Positions 56,601 through 64,000 of a DNA stretch of 64,000 nt are shown piece by piece. This DNA comes from Cyanidioschyzon merolae (Eukaryota). Both the position numbers and the translations under genes were made by a program. Below the pieces are notes generated by a model that saw nothing but the letters and a program-made list of their open reading frames with translations, made no database searches and was not told the origin of the DNA. The stretch is from the NCBI GenBank assembly GCA_000091205.1, contig AP006499.2, one strand, 5' to 3'. Position 1 is the stretch's first letter. Each line of letters begins with the position of its first letter.

Positions 56601-56710
56601 AGTATCAGCAAGATAGTTTTCAGCTCTTTGAACAGATGATGGCACAAATAAGGCGCAACACTGTATACTCGTTTTTCAAGTATTCGCCGGGGCCAACGGT
56701 ATCCGCGTGA
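53675..56710 (+). CDS. secA: Preprotein translocase ATPase SecA, nuclear-encoded with an N-terminal transit-peptide-like extension.
   Basis: About 1011 aa from ATG 53675. Unmistakable SecA: [83 protein letters not shown], the DEAD-like [20 protein letters not shown], and C-terminal [25 protein letters not shown]. The N-terminal 80 aa are R/S/T-rich with no signal-peptide hydrophobic core. Confidence 0.9.
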   Translation: [1011 protein letters not shown]

Positions 56711-59152
56711 TGGCCCTGCGCTCCTCGAACCGATGATTGCGAAACATGGTGCAACTCTGGGTACGTTTTCTCCACATAGTCGCCATTATCGGTGGTGCGT
56801 TCATGGTAACTGTCATGCCGTGTCGGTAGAGCGAGACACGTGACGCTTGGGAGTTGTCCAGCTGGAAGCCTTCGACGAACCGCTCTCCATGGGATGGTAC
56901 CGACCGACCCGATCGCACGAGTGATGCACTTGCGATCTATTGCTCGAACAGGACTTTTTCCGGGATCGTGCCGAGTCTGCTCTGCAACGTGGACTCCGGA
57001 GAGAAGATCGCTACCTCTGGTACTTGCCTGATAACTAGGGGTGCGCTGGCGAGCACCGCAAGGTTTCAGATAAAGAGCGTGCATCGAGAGGCAACCCTCG
57101 TTTGGCAGTCATGCGCAACCGTTTTGTTTTCAGAGGAAACGAGCTTTGAAGCGACAACCAAGTGAGAACACGGGCCTAGAATGGCAAGTTTCTCGGTGGA
57201 ACCTAATCAGGGCGCGTGGTCTGCCACGTTCATCGCAGAGTAAGACGGAATGAGAGGACTAACTCGGACAGACACTCTAAAGTGTAGGGCTCGTCCCATT
57301 ATGATTAAGATCCGTTTTTGCAGGATTTGGATGCGACTTGTTCCTTTTCCTCTCTCGCATCTCCTGCTTGAAACATGTAGTTCTCTCCTGTGCCTGCAGC
57401 TCTATTATCACCTGCAGCAGCATGTTCATAGCAACGTTTAAGAACCGATTTCGCTGTTTATGACTGTTGTTGTTGTTGTTCACACATTGTACGCAAAGGC
57501 AAACTTGCGATTTACGCTTCGCCCGGCATTTTCATCTTCCTTGTGTATAGCCTTGAGGCACACGCTCCCGCAACGACACGCGGCTTCGGTCAGGTGTAGC
57601 GCTATGCCCTATGCACCTCCTCATCCGCGCCCCGCTCTGTGGCTCCTCGACACTTGCTTTACCGCGCGGAATATGCCTTTGAGGACTGCAAAAGAGTCCT
57701 CTCGATACGCTCTGTTTCTGCGCCTGGTGACTTGCTTTGCAATTGCGGGCCTCTTCCAGTCGAATATCTCAGCGAATACTGTTTCTTCTGCGCAGCGAAG
57801 CACATGCACAGGCTTTTCCATTAGATAACGAGCTTTTGGAACGGTAAGTTTTCCTTTAGGGATCAAGTATCTGGAGAAAAATCCTGACTGGAAAACAAGT
57901 TAAGCAATCTCGATCTGTTCACGCTACCTTCGTAGGCTGCAGCGATGCTCACTTCATCGGAAGCGATCGCAGCGATAACGCAGGTCCGAGTCCATGAACG
58001 CCCTGCTCCACGCAAACAGTCGAGACGGGAGCCTCTGTTAGCGTATCCCGTGTGTGATATCAAGCAGCTGTGGAATCACATTTCGTCGATGGGCACAAAG
58101 TGAGCATGATTAGTCTTTCAAATGGAATCGATTATTTTGAAGCGGCGGAGTCATTGAACTTTCGGAACGAGCTCGAGCAGACGCCGCCAACTAACGATGT
58201 TGAGCTGTTTTTTTCGTCAATCCAGCGGCACGAATTGCTGCTTTCTCGAGTTCCCTTGAAACAGAAAAGTCGAAAACATGAAGAATGCGTGATTTGGTCA
58301 TTTTACATACAAGAAAATTAGAAGAATAGAAGCATCACTCATGCACTGGAAAATGATATCGTTTATTTTACGAGCGAATGTTCGTGAGTGTCGCGAATCC
58401 TCGAGTTTTCGATAGCGCCTCGAATCCCCGACGCAAAACGTTGAAGGAACCGCAGTGGAATACGACAGAAAATTCCCTAAACCAGGTATGAATCCGTACG
58501 CACGCACAGCTGAACTTCGATTGCCGAGGCTGAACATCTAAAACCGTTCGAAATCTAATCGAAATGAATGAACTGAACGAGCAATGCAGTGTTCTACAGT
58601 ATTCTGAACTACGCTGGGCGGTGAGCGAGCAGTTTAAACACTCTATGTCGCCGGCGAACTCGCCGTACTACTAGTTCGATCGACTCGCAATCCGATCCAG
58701 ATATTCCTTGACGCACTGCTTTTTTTCCGACGGCTATACGGTAGAGGATAACGAGCGGTAGCGTCAAGTTCCCGGAGCGTCTGCTTCAGATACGTAACCA
58801 AGAATACCCCACACCAACGATGACATCGCTGCTGTATAGGAACCTTGCCCGTCAATCGACCAAAACAACTAAGAAAATAGAAGGCTACCTAGAGCGCGTC
58901 CTCGGGTGCAGCAGTCGCCGACATATACCGGCAACAGGTTCGCCCGGTCCAGCTCAATGAAGTCATTGAGTACACTGTATTTGGACCTGTGTGCTCGCGT
59001 GCATCTCTTCCGGTGAATACGGTGCCTTGCCCTCAAGTGCCGCCAAGCTCCAAACTCGTTCAAACCCCATAAACTCACCAGTTGAAACGAAAATAGGAAA
59101 GTGGAATGAGCGTCACCGGAAAGCGCTGCTCACGTGAATCGCGAGAGACATT

Positions 59153-60322
59153 CTAGGGCTCTAGGGGAACAACGAGGTCAGCCTCACGTTCCAACGTTGC
59201 AACCCAACGCGCTTCATCTCCGTCTAAGAAAGCAATTATCAAATCCAGCTGTGTCTGGAATAGCCGACTTGGGTCTTGGCGCGAGGCTAAACGAGCAAAT
59301 CGAGTCACAATCCGGGGCAAACGATGCTCAAAATCTGACTGCACCTGGTGTGCAGCTCCACGCAACATCAAACGATGTGTGGCTGGCCATAGCTGCAGTG
59401 CCCGACGCTCCGTCGGGGACAGACTGCGGGAGAAGAGCTCATTGACGAGCAACAAGCTGGGAGCGATCGCGCCCGTCGGTAGAGGAAGACTTGATGCTTC
59501 TTGCGTGGGCTCACGCCGCCCTTCGTTTCCATTCTCGATCTCGGTTTCGTTTAGCAGAGGCCAGAACCACGGATCCAGTAACAAGCAACGGTGCAGTGAA
59601 AACTGGTCAGCTCGAGGCGATAACAACCACTGGGCTATCGTGGCACCTCCAAAAGAGTGTCCACAAAGCGTTATTCGCTTAGCATCACACACCTTCAGCA
59701 GCTCCAGCTGTAGCCGGTCTTCCTCGGCAGTGGCGGGTTCCGTGCCCTGGAGCCATTCCAGTAAGGTTTGGATCTCTCGACAACGCTTCTCCAATTGTTC
59801 CTTTCGTGCTCGTTTTCTCTTCCCAACAGGATCTCGAAGATTTGGTTTTCTGTAAAAAAGAGCGGTGCCTGATCGAGTAAGCGTAGCAGATGCGGTTCCA
59901 TCCTGGTGTTCAACGGCTAGCACTACCATCCCGTGAGCGCTCAGCGCGCAGCACAGCTTTGCATAAGCAGTAGCGGTTCCGCCCAGTCCGTGCGATAGAA
60001 TGACCACCGGCCAGCGGCGCTCTGTCGCTGGTGAAAGATCCGGATACGCCTCCATGCGAATCGACCCGAAGAGACAGCGCAGTGTCCACCAAACGGGTCG
60101 GAAGTCGATACCAAGGAAGCGAGAATAGCCGCGCACGTAGAGCGCCTGCGGACTCGCTATCCAGTGTGCACGCTCCTTCGTAGGCAGCCCGCCATCACCC
60201 ACAATAGCTGCCGGATAATAAAAACGCACAAGCACCTGCGAGCATATCCATCGCACAATGGTGCCCACTGGGAACTGGATCCGCTGTTCGCCTGGAGCAG
60301 TTGCCTCACACTGGAGCGCCAT
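59153..60322 (-). CDS. Platelet-activating-factor acetylhydrolase family (PLA2G7/PAFAH2-like) serine lipase.
   Basis: 389 aa. FYYPA near the N-terminus, VVILSHGLGG, and the catalytic nucleophile elbow GHSFGGATIAQWLL...LLDPW matching GHSFGGAT of PAF-AH. Confidence 0.8.
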   Translation of the reverse strand: MALQCEATAPGEQRIQFPVGTIVRWICSQVLVRFYYPAAIVGDGGLPTKERAHWIASPQALYVRGYSRFLGIDFRPVWWTLRCLFGSIRMEAYPDLSPATERRWPVVILSHGLGGTATAYAKLCCALSAHGMVVLAVEHQDGTASATLTRSGTALFYRKPNLRDPVGKRKRARKEQLEKRCREIQTLLEWLQGTEPATAEEDRLQLELLKVCDAKRITLCGHSFGGATIAQWLLSPRADQFSLHRCLLLDPWFWPLLNETEIENGNEGRREPTQEASSLPLPTGAIAPSLLLVNELFSRSLSPTERRALQLWPATHRLMLRGAAHQVQSDFEHRLPRIVTRFARLASRQDPSRLFQTQLDLIIAFLDGDEARWVATLEREADLVVPLEP

Positions 60323-60642
60323 GCTTCGCTCCTCGAACTGTTTGCTGATAACTGTTGTTCACCGCTAGAACGCTCTTTTTCACCAGCTTTTTGATAGTTT
60401 ACAAACACTGCCAAGCCATAACACTTGTTCGAGGCTAGGAACCTCTCCTTTCCTAGCGCTTCAAATATCGCAGAAAAACTTGCATACGAACGGAACAGCG
60501 TCTCAGAAGTTGCTTCCAGCGCAAGCGCCAGACACTCTGTGAACGGCAACGAAGCCGTCACGCGTTTGCGCGTGCGTTCGCCCAGCGAAGAACAGCGCTA
60601 CCCGATACATGCTGTCGAGCATCCGCTGTTCTACTCGAAGCT

Positions 60643-61830
60643 ATGAACACTGCTGGAGGCGCGAAAGAATATATAGACCAGAAAGCTGTTGAAGATCCTG
60701 CAAGATATGGAGAGCTTGCTGACCTCTACGACAAGCGCTTGTGGCACCAGCTCACGCAGTGTGTTGTTGCGCTCGTTGAGCACTGGCAGGAAACCGGCGT
60801 TCAGAGTGAAGAGGCGCTGGCATTTTACTATCGCTTTCTACGAGATTTTGAAACTAGATTAAATCCTCTTTCGCTCACTCAAGTTGTTATAGGACTTTCT
60901 CGTTTGGTGCACCGGCAGAATGCGCGGAACGCTGCTGCGTTTCTGCGCGAGTGTCTTGGCGAGAAGGCTCCCGTGGAACACAGCGTTGCAGCGCGCACGC
61001 TCTATCTTTCCGAGCTGATCCGTCTGCTACTCCGAACTGGCGACGATTCGGCGGTAGATGAGGCGAAGCGGTTGCTGGCGGAGGCTTCTAGTCTAGTTGC
61101 TGCGACAACGGGGACGCTGGATCCTGCGGTGAGTTCCGCTTACTACCGCGCAGCCAGTGACTATTACAAGGCGATCGGCTCGGCTGGCGAGTTTTACCAT
61201 CACGCGCTGGCTTTCCTATCGTGCACACCGATTGAGGTTCTCTCCGAGGCAGAACGCGTGGAATGGGCTCTGGATATCGGGATGGCAGCCCTGTTGGGCA
61301 AGGACATCTACAACCTCGGCGAGGTGCTGCAATGCGACGTCGTACGCGCTCTCGCTGAGCAAGACGAGAGGAAGTGGTTTCACCGACTTTTGCAGGCAGT
61401 TGAAATTGGCGATATTGACGAGTTTGAGCGTATAATGGAGCGCGAGGTTACGGAGCCCCGACTGCAGGAGCTCTTACGTACCAACCGAGCAACCCTATCC
61501 CAGAAGATTCGTTTACTGTGCTTTACGCGTATGGCGTCGTTCGATGCGGTCTACGCGGGAAAGATACCTTTCTCTGCTGCAGCGAAAGAATGTCGCGTAA
61601 CGCTTGACGAGGTGGAGCATATGGTGATGAAAGCATTTTCCGAATGCCTGGTGCAGGGTTCCATCGATCAAGTCGATGGGACGATAACAGTTTCACGTGT
61701 ACGGCCACGCGTGCTCAATCGCCAAGATGTTTCCAAAATGATTGAGTACTTGAAAGCCTGGGAAATGCGTACGGACGAGATGTTGCAGTCGTTGCAGACT
61801 GAAGCACAGGAGCTCATTACACCGAGCTGA
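60643..61830 (+). CDS. PSMD13: 26S proteasome regulatory subunit Rpn9 / PSMD13 (PCI domain).
   Basis: 395 aa. LYDKRLWHQLTQCVVALV, NPLSLTQVVIGLSR, QKIRLLCF and C-terminal RVLNRQDVSKMIEYLKAWEMRTDEMLQSLQTEAQELI align with human PSMD13 along its whole length. Confidence 0.85.
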   Translation: MNTAGGAKEYIDQKAVEDPARYGELADLYDKRLWHQLTQCVVALVEHWQETGVQSEEALAFYYRFLRDFETRLNPLSLTQVVIGLSRLVHRQNARNAAAFLRECLGEKAPVEHSVAARTLYLSELIRLLLRTGDDSAVDEAKRLLAEASSLVAATTGTLDPAVSSAYYRAASDYYKAIGSAGEFYHHALAFLSCTPIEVLSEAERVEWALDIGMAALLGKDIYNLGEVLQCDVVRALAEQDERKWFHRLLQAVEIGDIDEFERIMEREVTEPRLQELLRTNRATLSQKIRLLCFTRMASFDAVYAGKIPFSAAAKECRVTLDEVEHMVMKAFSECLVQGSIDQVDGTITVSRVRPRVLNRQDVSKMIEYLKAWEMRTDEMLQSLQTEAQELITPS

Positions 61831-62089
61831 GGCTCAGTCGCTGCCGAGAACGTCCCATCAGTCGCTCGTTGGTTGTGGTGTTGCTGAGCGCTTCGACATC
61901 CGGCACAGAGCAGGCGAGCTTGCTCCTATGAGGTCTTGCGCGCACACGTCGAGTCTATGGGGAACAGGTGACCTCACCTGAAAGCTTGCGGCGTCGGACT
62001 TGGCGACGACCGTCTAAGACCACCATCTGGCAATGATCGAACCGAGTGATCCGTCCACGCGACCTGAGCGGCAATCTAGCACATGAGTT

Positions 62090-63177
62090 AGATTAAAATG
62101 GATTAGTGTGCGGGTCGCTGCATTCCTGCCATTCGTCCCTTTTCCGAACGATTCCTAGATGCACATTCGCGACTGTCGAACTGCTGCACTCAAGGGTTGC
62201 GGATTCGTACGTACTTTTACGGTTCTGGAGCGTCTCTCGGAAGTGACTCCTTCGACTTCGTGCCGCTGGAATTCGTGACATCACAGCGATCGTGATGATT
62301 CGCGACGATTTCAAAAAACGATTTGGAAAATAACGGACTTCATGATCCATTTCATACGTGCAAGCTTGCACGCGTCCCCGTCTCTTACGTATATCATGCT
62401 CAAATCACGCATTCTTCAAACACTCGATCCTTCTGTTTCATTGCAACTCGCGGACGTAGCGATTCACGCCTCTGGATTGACGATTCTAGTCCTTGCTCTG
62501 GATTGTGCTTCGACGCCAGATGCGTGTAATCAACCGCAATTCGCGATATCGCGCAGATATGCGCCGGGTGTTTTCATTCGAAGAAATGAAGAATCTAAGA
62601 GAAAGCTATGGACGTGAAAGTCGGGTATCCCGGAGAACTGCCATCGTCGAATGGAGGAAAAAACTAAAAAGATCCTTTTTTCGTCGAGGTTAGAGCGAAG
62701 AAGAGCAAGTGACGAAGAAGACGGTGACGGTGAGAGATAGACGAGAAAAGTTCATCGTCCCACGCGACGATGACAAGACTGCAGTGGCACTGAGGGCGTG
62801 AGTACTAGGGATCCCTGCATCGGTGCGTTCAACCAGAGGCAATGCACGCAAAGGGTTCGTGGACCGCGGGTCAAACGCTGCTATCAATATCGGACGATGT
62901 GCGGTGCTGGAGACGAGGCCCGAGAAGCTGAAGCGATCCAAATTCGTGGGGCAGCCTTTGAACCTTGACGTGTACAAAGACAAACTGAAACCGAAAGCGG
63001 GAGTCCGGTCAAGAAAGGCTGGGAGTCGTCTGCGCTCTGGTGTGTACTATCCTAAATGGTCGTGGAACATTTTTTGCTTCGCCGATGACATACATGAAAA
63101 AATGGTCTCGGAGGTTTCCGTCTGTTCTGTTTGCGTAGAACAGTGTCTTAGACTCGAACTTTAGTCATCGCAGCGAT
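62090..63177 (+). mobile_element. Fanzor/TnpB-like element, copy B. This is an internal-deletion derivative (about 1.1 kb) lying just downstream of PSMD13.
   Basis: It retains the N-terminal-region homologue (..AQITHSSNTRSFCFIATRGRSDSRLWIDD), a zinc-finger-region remnant (EEMKNLRESYGRESRV), and RuvC-III plus C-terminus (GFVDRGSNAAINIGRCAVLETRPEKLKRSKFVGQP; ORF 62823..63164). It lacks RuvC-I/II. Inverted GCGATCGC-containing ends: cagcgatcgtgatgatt at 62288, and agtcatcgcagcgatcgctt at 63158-63177. Confidence 0.55.
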
Positions 63178-64000
63178 CGCTTCGAGTGCGTAATGTGACA
63201 CCGTTTTGCATATCGGGAGCGAGGACGGATCGGAAATCGTCGACCTGCTCTCCTTCCTGAATTTTCCTTCCGGTGCTTGCTTCGTTATTGAAAACATGGT
63301 GTTGCACAAAATCTGCAATCCATTAGAGCAGCGTACGCTTAAACATATATCAGACAGAAAACTCGTCGATGGAACTGTCCGGAACAAGCCCCTGAGCGAG
63401 AAGCAAGAGATCGGGCGTAGAAGCGGAGGCGTGTATCGAGTTGAGCCTTCGTTACTCACCACGGAGATGCCCCAGGCGATGAAGCGAGCCTTTGCGCGCC
63501 ACAGAATGACCTCCGGAAGAGGATACATGGTTGACATCTGGTGACTCCTGACCACAGCCGGGTATCGCTGCCGTGCAGGGCTCTCCGATGCTGTCTACAG
63601 AATGGATGAAAATGGCAAGCAGGTTGTACATCACAACTTTTGCCTGCGTGTGATATGCGTCGACAACATCGGCAACTGGCGACACGGGGACTTGAATGCC
63701 GCCATCAGCATTCTTCGACCGCTATCAGCAGAGCTGGAGAAACTGGAAAGATGCGCTTACTTAGAGCCAGTGCTTAGAGAGCGAGAGGAACATGAAGCAG
63801 TCGCAAAAACGCCTACAAAGGATGGTATTGACGTCGATCGGAAGAGACCTAAATTTACGATGCACGACAACGTTGGCTGAGTGCACCCTTCAACTTCATT
63901 GTGACAAGAGTGCAATCATAATCCCCGGATGCGCGCTTGATATCGGGAATCAGGGAAGAAACCGTCGCTGCTCACCGGAATGTATACCAGGGGGCACTAC

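Overview
This is a GC-rich, gene-dense and almost intron-free eukaryotic nuclear segment, with roughly one gene per 2-3 kb and many divergent gene pairs sharing short promoters. About 26 protein-coding genes are long single ORFs with clear eukaryotic homologues. They are acireductone dioxygenase, an SLC35F6-like transporter, organelle-type RsmE, a J-domain protein, a Qa-SNARE, CHMP1/Did2, TFIIH-p8, a PMCA-type Ca-ATPase, Sec24, GINS-Psf2, UTP15, HisI, a DEAH helicase, V-ATPase subunit H, translin, a GcvR-like ACT protein, SecA, a PAF-acetylhydrolase and proteasome Rpn9/PSMD13. Only one spliceosomal intron is evident, in UTP15 (GTAAGT...CTAAC...AG). SecA is nuclear-encoded with a transit-peptide-like N-terminus and no signal peptide. 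Several other cyanobacterial-type genes (RsmE, ACT/GcvR-like, HisI) sit nearby, so the host probably carries a primary plastid and is likely an intron-poor alga, though no species can be assigned. The most notable content is a family of four diverged, decayed copies of a TnpB/Fanzor-like (OMEGA-type RuvC nuclease) element, all in intergenic or promoter-proximal positions. Each shows RuvC-I, RuvC-II, a degenerate zinc finger and the RuvC-III D-x-N-A-A-x-N-I motif where these parts are present. Two copies are internal-deletion derivatives that share a conserved 3-prime tail. One copy carries a 71-bp internal tandem array. The remaining intergenic DNA holds a minisatellite, several microsatellites and long arginine- and cysteine-rich pseudo-ORFs typical of GC-rich non-coding sequence. 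The ORF track starts ORFs at ATG, GTG or TTG, so start coordinates below were trimmed to the first in-frame ATG where homology made that sensible.
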